Assembly: GCF_001194135.2 (NCBI RefSeq)
Contig: NC_068981.1
Span: 120,408,492 to 120,472,491, forward strand
DNA: 64,000 nucleotides
Origin: Octopus bimaculoides
Lineage: Eukaryota
Direction of reading: 5' to 3'
Shown: positions 38,890-50,051 of the stretch, piece by piece
Layout of the letters: each line of letters opens with the position of its first letter
Position numbering within the stretch: position 1 is the stretch's first letter
Made by a program: the position numbers and the translations under genes
Notes under the pieces: model-generated
Database searches by the model: none
Told to the model about the DNA's origin: nothing
Seen by the model: only the letters and a program-made list of their open reading frames with translations

Positions 38890-39400
38890 GTGCCAGGAAT
38901 TTCTGTCCTTCATTAGCTTTGGTAGATACTCAGTTTCAGGTTGTATGGTCTGTAGCTGAGCTGTCTTTGTTCTCTGTTAGGGTGAAGAAGTCTCCAAAAA
39001 ATAATGTCTGATAGGGCTTGTTAGTCAGCATGATAGCAGTGGCCAGCAAAGGCCACCCAGCATTGAATAACAAGGGGTAGAATGTGTACATAAATCTCTC
39101 TTTGGTCTTGTACTCATACCATGAGATGTCTTTAGCCTTCATGAGAAGCCTGGTGTACATGCCATCAAGGCAATTTTGAAGCTCCTTATTCATAGATGAG
39201 GTTTCAACTCCACAAAAAAAGAATACTCTCTACACACACCCAGAAGGAGACCATTCTTGCTGAATTTGAAATATATGATTGCCAGGAAGTTTTGGTGTAC
39301 TCCAGGCTTGAACCTATGTGTATCAGAAAGTCTTTCTTATTTGAAGTCACAGACAACTTTGAGTTGTATGCCATCACAGGAAGCTTAACAGGACACTTAT
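38890..39400 (-). mobile_element. RTE-like LINE C-terminal fragment
   Basis: LDGMYTRLLMKAKDISW resembles the RTE LDG.YTRMLR.ALNISW segment. Confidence 0.6.
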
Positions 39401-39754
39401 CTTAGTTAAATTACTCTCACTCTTTAACAGCAGTCAGTCTATTTGCAGCTAGATGGCCTGAGTCGATATAATTACTTTTTGTGTCAGTTATGATATCCAT
39501 GTATTAAGGTTTTCCATTACAAAAAATAAGAAAATAAAAATGTGTATTAATCAATATATTAATCAATAACAAAAAAATATTGAATGGAAGTTATGAAAGT
39601 TATTGGCCACTTTTGGTAGAATAACACATCAATCAAATTTAGTAACAGAAACAAATGACATCTTGGTTCTTTTCTTTTCTTTCAAGTCTCAGAAGGTTTG
39701 AATGAAACTGAACAAAATATTTTATATTGTGAGTACTAGCCATAATAAGCTTAC

Positions 39755-39827
39755 CGTAATTTGAGTGCCAACATTCCCAGCACATGGTTTAATAGGTGCC
39801 TTCAGCTTCCCATCTTGATATGATCCT
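39755..39827 (-). CDS. MLH1: MLH1 coding exon (human exon 5 equivalent), 73 nt: [24 protein letters not shown]
   Basis: ttccag acceptor, gtaag donor; phase 2 start matches the previous exon. Confidence 0.96.
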
Positions 39828-40490
39828 CTGGAATAAAATGAAAAATAATAAAAAGAATAATATGAGAGAAAAATGAAGCAAGCATAATTTTTTTTTTAAG
39901 GAAAATAATTAATAAAATCTTGAGTTTCAAGTCTTTGCTCAACCTTGTGTGAAGAATTTGTGCAAACCGTAATTTTGACTGCTAACAGACTAACTTGTCA
40001 GATATTGCTGATGGTTTACTTTACTAAACCACTGAACAAAAATTCCATCAGAGACTTATAAAAGAACACAGAATAGAAGTATCAGCTTTCATAAACAAAT
40101 ACAAAGATGGGGGAAGTAAAAAAAAAAAACCCAAACCCAAAATAAAAAACAAAAACATAAATGAAATAAAAAATAATGAGAAAAAAACTTAAATTCAATT
40201 ACAAAAAGAACACAATAAAAAGAAAATTTGAATTGATAAAACAGTTCAGTTATTTTCATAATATTCTAATTCAATTTTTTTTTATTTTATATTTTTCATT
40301 TTTTTTTCTTTTCATCATATGTTTTTGGCATCTGATAAGAAATTCATGAAAACATTAGTTTTATCACTTTGAAATTTCAAACATGAAAATTTGAAAAGTC
40401 ATACTTCTAACAACACTACTGTAAAATGGGATGCTATTCAATCTCTGACTAAGAAAACTGAGTCAATCAAAATAATGGGTTAGCTTAAAA

Positions 40491-40959
40491 CAATGGTTCT
40501 TAAGCAGGGTCCACATGGCCCTTGGGGGTTCATATAAGATTTTATTGTTTATGTACAATAAACTTGGTTGTATTTCTACAATACTTAAAATATTTTAACA
40601 ATTTTTTAATACAATTCCTAATAATATTTAACCCGGCCATATCTAAATTGGCCATATCCAGCCCAAATATGCTACCTGCATTATGCTCTAACAAGCCAGA
40701 TCCAGCCTATCACACTTACTCTTCAATGCCATTATAAAATATACTATCACATCATCACAATTTCGAAGTTGCAAAATAATGCATGTTTAATTGAAAACAA
40801 TATGAATGAAAAAACATTACATTTGACTAAATAATCTGAGTGCTAAAAGCATAATTATAAAAATAAGATTTTTTAAAAACATTGAATCGGTATGAAGGTC
40901 CAGTTGAGTAAAACAGGAATCAAAGAGGTCCATAGACAAAAAATAGTTGAGAAACACTG
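40491..40959. mobile_element. Second copy of the same hAT MITE, with a nested piggyBac-type MITE at 40628-40854
   Basis: caatggttcttaagcagggtccacatggccc ... tagttgagaaacactg; interior homologous to 10175-10635. Confidence 0.75.
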
Positions 40960-42385
40960 GCTTAGGGTATGTATAACACAATGGTAACTGTGAAGTTTGA
41001 ACTCCTGACTAGTGTTTAGTTATTCAGTACATTAACCTCACACTATTACATGCATGTATATACATAAACACACACATACACATGTCCACCAAAATTTAAA
41101 AAAGGCAAAGTTACAGAAGCATCGATGGCAATTTAAAACATAACAAGACCTGGGAAATGATGGTCTTTCTTCAGAGAAACATATGACATGGTGCAACAAA
41201 ATCTGAAAGTCAAAATCCAAAAGGAAAGAATCAGAAAACAGAGTCCAGGATCAAGAACAGTGGAGAAAAGTCATCAATGCCTTATGCTTGAGTGAATGGA
41301 GTGAAGGGCTTAAAGAAAAGAAAGATCACTAATGTCACCCTTCTTTATACTTACAGATTTGAGTAAGATGCAACTGCAACATGATATGATGACGATGGGG
41401 ATGATTTTATTTTTCCTTTGATTTTAGAATGGGCTTGAAAAGTTTGCAATTCAGCATCTTTCTATACACCTGTAACAGTTGGATTCGACCCCATGTTTTG
41501 CCACATAGAAATCACAAGGTGATCATGTGCACAAAACCAATTTCAGTCCAATCAATGGCTGTCATTCATGTGATAGGCTGGTAGTATGACTAGGACCTTC
41601 TGTGAACAGAGCCTACAAATACAGCTCATTTGAGTAGGCTACTTCAGAGTGGTATTCACTCTCGACACATAGCTGTTTTCACAGCTACACATTCAACCTG
41701 GCATGGTTGAAAACACACCATAGCAACAAGAATATGTACTGATGTGTAAAAATTAAACGGATTTTGAATTTCTGACAAAGACATTCTGCACTTGTCCTTT
41801 GTGTTGTTTGATCTGAATATTCCTTTTCTTGTATTGCATGAACACTTTCTATATTAATGTAACAATAAATTATGTTCATATACATAAAACAAGCCTTCTC
41901 CCACACACAACAGACCTTAAGTTTTGTATTATCTTGAAGGTAATGCACAATTTTCAAGATCCCATTTAATTAACTAACCTCAAGTCCCCTTCCTAGTATC
42001 ATGGATAGCTATCTCTACAGTTTGCATACTCTCCATCATCTTTCCTCTTTTACACAGTATTTCTTCATTGTTACAGTGCAATATTCACTAATAGTTGCCA
42101 CAACTGACATGTATCATAACAGGGAGCCTCTATAAGGTCATTTAACCTGCTAGAAATAACAAGTAAATCTCACTGTCTTATAGTCTTAAAAAAAGAAAGG
42201 GCACATCAGATAATATAATCATAGATACACTATGCCTAAAACAAAAAAAGATAGGGCAATCTGTAACAACCACAATAACTACAACAACAACATTGTCTTA
42301 AATACCTAATAAAGCAGATTAAGAATATTGAAAATTGACTGTGATATATCATTGTTAAACAATAAGATGATATTTAGAAGCTTAC

Positions 42386-42558
42386 TTATAGGCACACTTT
42401 GAATCAGCAGTTCTTGTCATGATAGTTACATGTGCAATATGACTGATGCTGGCTAAAGCTTCTCCGCGAAATCCGTATGTTGCTATAGAAGTCAAGTCCT
42501 CGAATTTTTGGAGCTTACTTGTGGTAAACCTCTCACATACTATTTCCATGTCGTCTTT
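42386..42558 (-). CDS. MLH1: MLH1 coding exon (human exons 3+4 fused), 173 nt: [57 protein letters not shown]
   Basis: tttacag acceptor, gtaag donor; [10 protein letters not shown]-lid motif; ORF track 42382-42579. Confidence 0.97.
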
Positions 42559-43229
42559 CTGTAAATTAACCAGAAACAAAGAATGATCTTATAGTAAAAA
42601 GTGCTGAAAGGAAAGTTATGTTACAAAGTTATTTGTGGACACATCTTGATTCTCCATTCTCTCTCATTATGCAAGCATTTAAATATATATGCATGCATAC
42701 ACGCACGCATATATATGCATAGATGAAAGTACTGGTGGAGATTGGTATTTGGAAGGCATAGGAGCCAGAGTAAAAACAGGGTAAAAAAAAAAACATTCAA
42801 GGAACTGTTACCTCTAATGGCAGCAAAGCAGTAAATAGCAGGGCTGTATATGTAGACTGTATGATGATTATGCATGTGTATATTTCATGGCAATAAAACA
42901 TCCCCTAAAAAATGCAGAGGATTTGCAGACAAGAAAGAAATTGTGCAATAGGCAGCTTAGCTATAAGATTATCATGGCAAAGCCTTGACTGAATGTCACC
43001 GCAAACCCCATTGCTTTTGTCAAAGTGCTCAACAGCAAAGGACCAGTGAGGAATGTTATTAGAAAGTAATCCCTGGCTCTATGAAAGCTATACTGGGGTT
43101 TCATTAAGAAGAGAGAGGAATTAGAAGTGTTGGAGAAGATGACTGTTAACAATTGCCTGCAACACCTGTGTGGAAGAGAGAGAGAGAGCGAGAGAGAGAG
43201 AGAGAGAGAGCAGTAAGTTGATAGTTGGT

Positions 43230-44030
43230 ATGTTCACAGAGATTGCCTTTCATTGGAATGTTTTCAAAGATTGGCATAACTCCCTGCAGAATGACCAAGC
43301 TTGAAGAGTTTGGCAAAGATAGGGGCTAGCTCCGAGGCACACTGTTTGAGGCTAATTTTAATCATTTTAAGTCGATATATTATGAAGTTTGAAAGCTAAA
43401 TAAAGTAGCAAATATGTAAGTTTGCTCTGTACAATGACTCCTTATAAAGCCAACTTAGTCGAGGAGTGGTAAGTAAGCAAATGCTGTAAAATTGGTAGAG
43501 AACCTCTAGGCAAGGAATCAGAAAGATTGATTACAGTTTTGGTGGTTGGAAGAACTTGCTGGCTGTGATGCATGAAGGCATCTATTGTTTTGGGGATGGT
43601 AATCTTGTAGGAATGGTAGTAGTGAGTAAAAGCCATTCAAATGGAAGAGATAGATAAATTTTTCCAGGTGCTGAAGGCCATATTCTTCACTTGTATTTCT
43701 ACAACACTGCAACGTAAGTGTACATATGCAATAGAGTGCTAGTGTGTTGAGAGAAAAGTTAGGCATAAAAGGAATCAGATGCAGTGTGCAAGAGAGAAGA
43801 CTGCTGGTTTGGTCATGTGGTGTGGATGGTTGTTGACAGTACCATAAAAACTGCTGGTGACTTATAGTGGATGAAACTCCCGGAAGAGGGAAACTCAGGA
43901 AGCAAAATGATGAAGTACTGAAGGATAACCTCAGGATACAGAACCTTATAGAAGAAATGACAAAGAAGGGAGATACCTGGTGGCTTGCTGTACTCAAGAA
44001 GACCCATCCTCCACAGCAGAAGTGTTGATG
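43230..44030 (-). mobile_element. Heavily decayed LINE fragment, clade unresolved
   Basis: Long stop-poor minus-strand reading with LINE-like composition; no intact motif seen. Confidence 0.35.
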
Positions 44031-47000
44031 CCACTTTCTCTGATGAAGTGGATTGGCCTACAAGAGCCCTGCATTGGTACTACATAAAAAGTATTTGTGC
44101 TGGTACCATGTAAAAGCGCTCATGTTGGTGCCACATTAAAAGCACCCAACACACACACACTGTAAAGTGGTTGGCATTAGGAAAGGCATCCACAGTAAAA
44201 ACCCTGTCAAAATAGACAATTGGAGCCTGGCGCAGCTCTTCAACTCTTATCAAACTGTCCAATCCATGACAATATGGAGAACAGATTTTGAAGGACGATG
44301 ATGATAATGATGATGATGACAATGTGGTGTTAACCACTTGGGGGACTTGCAGTTATGGGTTCTAGTTGTGTGTGGGATTTGAAGTGACATGTCTATGGGG
44401 ATGGATTCATTCACCAGCTTATACATGAAGACTGACTGAGTTCTGGCCTGACATGAAGTACCATATGGTTAAGGGGTAAGCTGGAGGGGGGGGGGTTGTG
44501 GAGTATGTGGATCTATCATAGATAGCCTTGTATAGGTAGTTGTTGGACAATGTGATCAATGCAGAGACAACAGTTGTTTGGTAAAGGTGGAGTTTGGAAG
44601 TGAGAAAGAGATAAAAGGTATTTGGAATATGGTCAAACAGCTGCTGGTGGTTGAAGAAGCTTTGAGTTGGGCATCACCATAGAAACAAACTGAATCATAC
44701 AAATATGTGAAGAGCATAAAAAAAATATCATAATTGCATAATCATAAACAAAGTGTATACTGAAAGAGCTTCTTTGTGGTCACTCAACATACTAGAAATA
44801 ACAGCAAAATCTTCCTTAACCCTTTAACATTTAAACTGAGCATACCAAGCTCAATATTCTACCTATTTTATGATCTGTCCTCTCACACCTACCTTACAAA
44901 TTCATTCTAAAAATAAACAACCACTTCATCAAAATTTTACACCTATGTGACAATGCATAATTAATTCAAAACAAAGTGAATAAATAAGCATTACATTTGA
45001 CAGAGTAATCTGAATGCTAAAGGGTTAAATCACACATTACCATCTTAAATAAAATATAATCTCTGAAACAAAAAAAAAAAGAAAAAGTGCGATGAGGTGG
45101 CCACAAAAAAGGAGAGATGAGGTGGCCACTTGTGAATGTAGGGCTGACCTAAAACTAACAACAACAATAACAGCTGTATACTGAATATATTTGATCAAGA
45201 AGATGGTTAATAATAAATGAACATAGGTTTTAGAAGAAATACAAATTTGTTGCAATGATGAATTAATCTCTACATTTGAAATGGATTAATGGAATTTGAA
45301 AAATCTAAATTTGTTTCCTTTTATTTATGAGAAAATACAACAAAATCTTTCAATTTACAAAATCTAATAATTTCTTATTTTGGCATTTAACGAATGACAG
45401 AAGAAACACAAAAGCAACAATAAATGTAACAACCACTAAACTATTTCATTTTGATTAATTGACTTTGCTTTAGAAAATAATTACTTATTTCATGTCTAAA
45501 GCAGCTGGTGCTTGCAGTGGATTTCCACATCTGCAATGGTTAGCACACATATAGAGGAATATTGAGGAATCTTACAACTGAGTCTCAGTAAATAATACAT
45601 ACATTTTGCAAGTGTTTATGATTGTAGCTGTGTCTATGGCACACATTATTGTCACTGCTTTTATGTACATGCTGGCATGGGTTGAATGGGACTTTATTAG
45701 GCAGTATTTTTCTCTTCTTCACTGCCGCTTTTGTTGTTTTAATGTCCATTTTTCCATGCTTACATGGATCAAACGGAGTTTCTTTGAGACTGTTTTTTTA
45801 CAACCAGATGACCTTCCTGTGACCAACCCATACCTGTTTCCAAACAAGGTAATATTTTCCCCCATGGCCAGACATGTTCTTGCAGAATATTGGAAATGAA
45901 TGCTGCTGCTTGTATATGACAGTGGCACTCATTTAAAACTATCATGCAATGACAAGACAAGGAGATACAAGCATACACACACACAAATACAGCAAGCTTC
46001 TTTCAGATTTTGCCTACCATATCTACTCATAAAGCATTGGTCAGCCTGGGGTTATTGGAAAGATACTTGCATAAGGTACCACACAGAGGGTGTTTTTATT
46101 TTTAACTGCTGTTGACACCACCAGACTGAATGGTACTACCCAGGTATTAAAATCATAATGATATCCAATAGGCTGCTGAAGAATGGATATATATATGTTT
46201 GAAGTGCTTGTTTATTTATGTGTGTTGTTGATTGTGACCTTTCATATCTTGTGTTCTTGTGGTTTTGAAGTTGTCCTTCATTAAGATTCTAGTTTTTGTA
46301 GGGTTGAAACTTAAGGAATTCTTGGTTTCTTAGTTTATGGTGGTTTTGTTGTATGTATCATGCCATGTATTGATATTTCATGATTGTCCTTTATTGGGAT
46401 TCTAATTCAAGCAAGAGTTATACTTATTTAAGAGTTTCCAGTCTATGGAGGTTTTGTTCTATATATGTGTGTGTATGTGTGTATATAAATATATGCACAC
46501 ACACATACACATGCATATACACAATATATATATATTCACATAAGGTCACTATAATGCTGCTTGTATCATGTAACTTAGTACAACCAGTCATATAGTCAGG
46601 ATATTGGCAACCAGCAATCTTACCAAGCTGATTGGTAAGGAGGATGGTTTTCGTTGGACACTTTGCAGGACACAAAATAAAACCTGACTAATGAACTCAG
46701 GAGAGTCAACAACCATCTAACAGCTGGGAGTAAGAGACCCATAGTCTTTGATTACACATATCTCCAGGAGAAGGAAATTCTAAAAAAATACCTGTTTCAT
46801 TGTAATGCAAGAGATTTTGTTCTTATAAGTTCTAGACTAGTTGGCTTTGTAGGTGAGAGTCAAAGAGATGTTGTGCAAGTTGTTACTGTCTTTAAATATT
46901 TAGGATAAGTAAATTTATCAGTGATGCTCATACTTATCGACAGGTTGACAGTCACCATTTATATAGGTGGGAGTGCTGAAAAGTTCCAGCCTTCTGAGTT

Positions 47001-47615
47001 CTTTTACAAGGCTTATAAAAACTGAAGGACCACTGCAATAAGTGTGTGAATCTGAGAGGGAAATATAAGAAGGGAATAAAATCATAATTAACTGATTCTC
47101 CTGTATTTTCTTTTACCCAAAGCCAGCAACTTCTCAGCACACCTGTAACATCTAGTGCTATGAAGGAGTCATCCCCGAAGCACAACACAGCAGCAAACTG
47201 GCGAACAAGCAAAACACATACATTGAGTATGTCGATAATGTTTACAACAGTCGATAATGTTTACAACAATAGTGCTGTTCTTTATTCATAATTGAATTTA
47301 ATCTTATGTATGCACTGCCATAACATACCAGCAAGTGGTTCTTACACTATTTGTAATTTAGTCATAGACAGGCAATTCGGTTTGGCCCTTGTTTAATTCA
47401 GGTATGTTATGTTGATAAGCCACAAAAATGGTAAAATATCAGTATCCATCACTCCTGAATGGGACTGGAGTTGAGTTGTCTTGTCTGCCTATGACTTTCA
47501 GGTGTTAAAACACCCAGCATTATGAACTGGCAAACAAGCAAAATACATACATTGAATATGGGTAGTCGATAATATTTATAACATTAGTGCTGCTCTTGAT
47601 TTGTAATTAAATATA

Positions 47616-48876
47616 CAGGGGTTGGACAAAATAATGGAAACACCTTAAAATTTCAAACAAATTTATTTTAATATGGGGTAGAACCGCCTTTGGCAGTAAT
47701 TACAGCTTGAATTCTATAAGGTATGAACTCATAGAAAGTTTGAATTGTTTCCAAAGGAATTTTTGTCTATTCTTCAGCTAAAACAGTCTCTAGTTCTTGT
47801 AGTGATGATGGTGGAGGATATCGACTCCTTACTTATTTTTCTAAAGTTCACCATAAATGTTCAAAAATATTAAGATCTGGGGACTGTGGTGGCCAGATAG
47901 GATGTTCAACTTCACTTGAATGTTCCTCATGCCATTCAGTAACAACTTTAGCTGTGTGAATTGGTGCATTATCATCCTGAAAGATTGCGTTTCCCTCCTG
48001 AAACAGTTCCGCAACCATAGGATGAATTTGATCAGATAAAGTGCTTAAATAGTCTTGACTATTAATTCTGCCACGAAGGGAAACCATTGGGCCGGCGGAT
48101 TTCCAAGATATAGCCCCCACCCCAGATCCTCCTTCATGTTTAACAGTTAGAAGAAGACAGTCTGGGTCAAATGCTTCTTTTGGCTGTCTCCACACGTATA
48201 CTCAGTTGGTGGTTGGAAATAAGGTAAAGGATGACTCATCCGAGAAAATAACATTCTTCCACTGCTCTAGGGACCAATTCTGTTGGTCTTTACTCCACTC
48301 TAAGTGCTTTGCAACGTTAGTTTTTGAAAGTAATGGTTTTCTGATTGCAGCCCTCTTGTGAAATCTGGCTTTGTGCAGCTCCCGGCGAACAATTTTTGTG
48401 GAAACTGGGTTCTTGAGGTGGTCATTAAGCTCTGCAGTAATTCTGGGAGCTGTACTTTTGTGATCCTTTCTAACAATTTGCAAAAGAGTCCGATGGCCCC
48501 TATCTGAAAGTTTTGGTTGCCTTCCAGAGTTTTGTATTGATAAGGAGGTTTTTCCCTCTTTCTCAAAGGCTGTCATTAATTTTGAAACAGTACTTCTTGA
48601 TACACCAAACATTTCAGCTGTTTTCGTTATGCCAGCACCTGTCATATGAGCACTAACAATTGACCTCTTTGAAAGTCCGATAGATCTGTCATTTTAATGA
48701 ATTTTAATTACCTTTTTCCGATGATATCTGCAAAGAAACAGCAATTCTAGCAAAACATATTAAGCAACACTAATTATAAATTAAAAAACAAAAATAAACA
48801 AGCTTTTGACGGTTTTATAGATATTTCAAAATTATGATGCTATCATACTAGGTGTTTCCATTACTTTGTACAACCC

Positions 48877-48879
<3 letters not shown>
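47616..48879 (-). mobile_element. Tc1-superfamily DNA transposon, 1264 bp, disrupted DD36E transposase
   Basis: 29-bp TIRs (CAGGGGTTGGACAAAATAATGGAAACACC, 27/29 identical) flanked by TA. Transposase runs from ATG 48692 to TAA 47668 with a 1-nt frameshift near 48660, a stop at 48202-04 and further stops. Motifs FSDES, QDDNAP, WPPQSPDLNIFE. Confidence 0.95.
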
Positions 48880-48920
<41 letters not shown>

Positions 48921-48938
48921 CTGGGGAAGGTTGGTTTA

Positions 48939-49000
48939 TGGGATTATCCGGATTTCCAATCCATAAAGGGTTTAACTTTATGGTGTATCGTCAGACCCCA
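48939..49000 (-). ncRNA. Minimal type I hammerhead ribozyme motif (left arm; sense in MLH1 pre-mRNA)
   Basis: Minus strand reads TGGGGT CTGACGA TACACCATAAAG TTAAACC CTTTATGGATTG GAAA TCCGGA TA ATCCCA. Stem III is the palindrome ATCCGGAT, the triplet is AUA, and stem I has 6 bp with one G-U. Confidence 0.75.
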
Positions 49001-49082
49001 AAACCTGTTGGCTTAAGACCTCTTAAAAATATAGAGGGGAAAACCTTATTACATTTTAAAGAGGTCTTAGGCCAACAGGTCT

Positions 49083-49145
49083 TGGGGTCTGATGATACAT
49101 CATAAAGTTAAACCCTTTATGGATGGGAAACCCAGAGTAACCCCA
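49083..49145 (+). ncRNA. Minimal type I hammerhead ribozyme motif (right arm of the 48918-49166 palindrome)
   Basis: Stem I TGGGGT (49083-88) / ACCCCA (49140-45); core CTGATGA 49089-95; stem II CATCATAAAG / CTTTATGGATG with a bulge; GAAA 49127-30; 2-bp stem III; GUA cleavage triplet 49137-39. Confidence 0.75.
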
Positions 49146-49231
49146 TAAATTGGCCTTCCCCAGTAAAAAAACATTGACTACTCTACTTCTTAAAGTGTGC
49201 TTCTTCTCCAGATATATGTTTTCTAAAAATG

Positions 49232-49264
<33 letters not shown>

Positions 49265-49562
49265 ATTATAGTTTAAATTTGCAGAAAACAAAAGATTAAG
49301 ACAGGTGAAGGAACAACAAGCAGGTGTATTAGTGTAATGCTCGGGAAGAATGGAAAAGTCTTGATGTTTTGAGCCTACTCTCTTCAACAAAGGATTGAGA
49401 GGAAAAAAAACAGAGAGAGAAAAAATGTGTAGGGATTACTGATATGTATAGTTGGCTGATGCTGCATCTTCCAGTTTCACAGTATATTGATTAATCATGT
49501 CTACTGCATAATATAGTAACTCTTGATATGCTATGTCTGAAAATAAGAAAGGTAAATCAAGA

Positions 49563-49777
49563 GGTGGCGAGCTGGCAGAAACGTTAGCATGCCAGGTGAA
49601 ATGCTTAGCGGTATTTCGTCTGTCTTTACATTCTGAGTTCAAATTCTGCCGAGGTCGACTTTGCTTTTCATCCTTTCAGGGTCGATAAATTAAGTACCAG
49701 TTGCGTACTGGGGTTGATCTAATTGACTGCCCCCACCCTCTCCCAAAATTTCGCACCTTGTGCCTAGAGTAGAAAAG
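49563..49777 (+). mobile_element. tRNA-derived SINE (GGCGAGCTGGCAGAA... family) with an 18-bp target-site duplication
   Basis: B-box GAGTTCAAATTC; TSD aagaaaggtaaatcaaga (49545-62) / aagataggtcaatcaaga (49778-95), 16/18 identical. Further copies near 45-260, 6165-6760, 11270-11445, 15528-15950, 23570-23740, 29665-30362, 31705-31930 and 51015-51470. Confidence 0.9.
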
Positions 49778-49960
49778 AAGATAGGTCAATCAAGACTGGA
49801 ATGTTTTTTTTTTTTATCATAGAGCTCAATCAGGGCCAAATTGGGTTAAACATCAACAATCATATAAACCTGAAATAAAGGGTTAAAATGTTAAAGGACA
49901 CAGGAAAGGCAGCATTGATTTGCTGAAGTGTTAGAGGTACCATTCTAAAGGATTACTTAC

Positions 49961-50051
49961 ACGTATACCGGTGCCATTATCTTGAATCTGTAATAACTTC
50001 AGGCCCCCTTGTTTAACTGTTACTTGAATACTAGTAGACTTGGCATCAATA
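49961..50051 (-). CDS. MLH1: MLH1 coding exon (human exon 2 equivalent), 91 nt: [30 protein letters not shown]
   Basis: ttccag acceptor, gtaag donor; GHKL DNGTG motif; absent from the ORF track and read by hand. Confidence 0.96.

Larger units (their letters stand above)
48918..49166. repeat. Fold-back element: ~113-bp inverted arms (about 88% identical by hand count) with a ~22-nt spacer
   Basis: 48918-49030 is the reverse complement of 49053-49166 (ttactggggaagg ... ccttccccagtaa). Confidence 0.95.
1116..50051 (-). other. MLH1: MLH1 gene span, partial: 11 coding exons equivalent to human exons 2-13; first coding exon and 3' exons not found in window
   Basis: Exons splice in frame through GT-AG introns with matching phases. 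They encode the MutL GHKL motifs (QDNGTGI, GFRGEAL, GTQITVEDLF), the [12 protein letters not shown] motif and the linker motif QMVRTDSKEQKLDAF. Exon sizes of 91, 73, 92, 43, 89 and 113 nt match the human MLH1 sizes as recalled. Confidence 0.97.

Noticed and set aside
40334-40360. CTGATAA...GAAAAC motif
   Set aside because: C3-A8 mismatch, no stem II pairing; expected by chance in AT-rich DNA.
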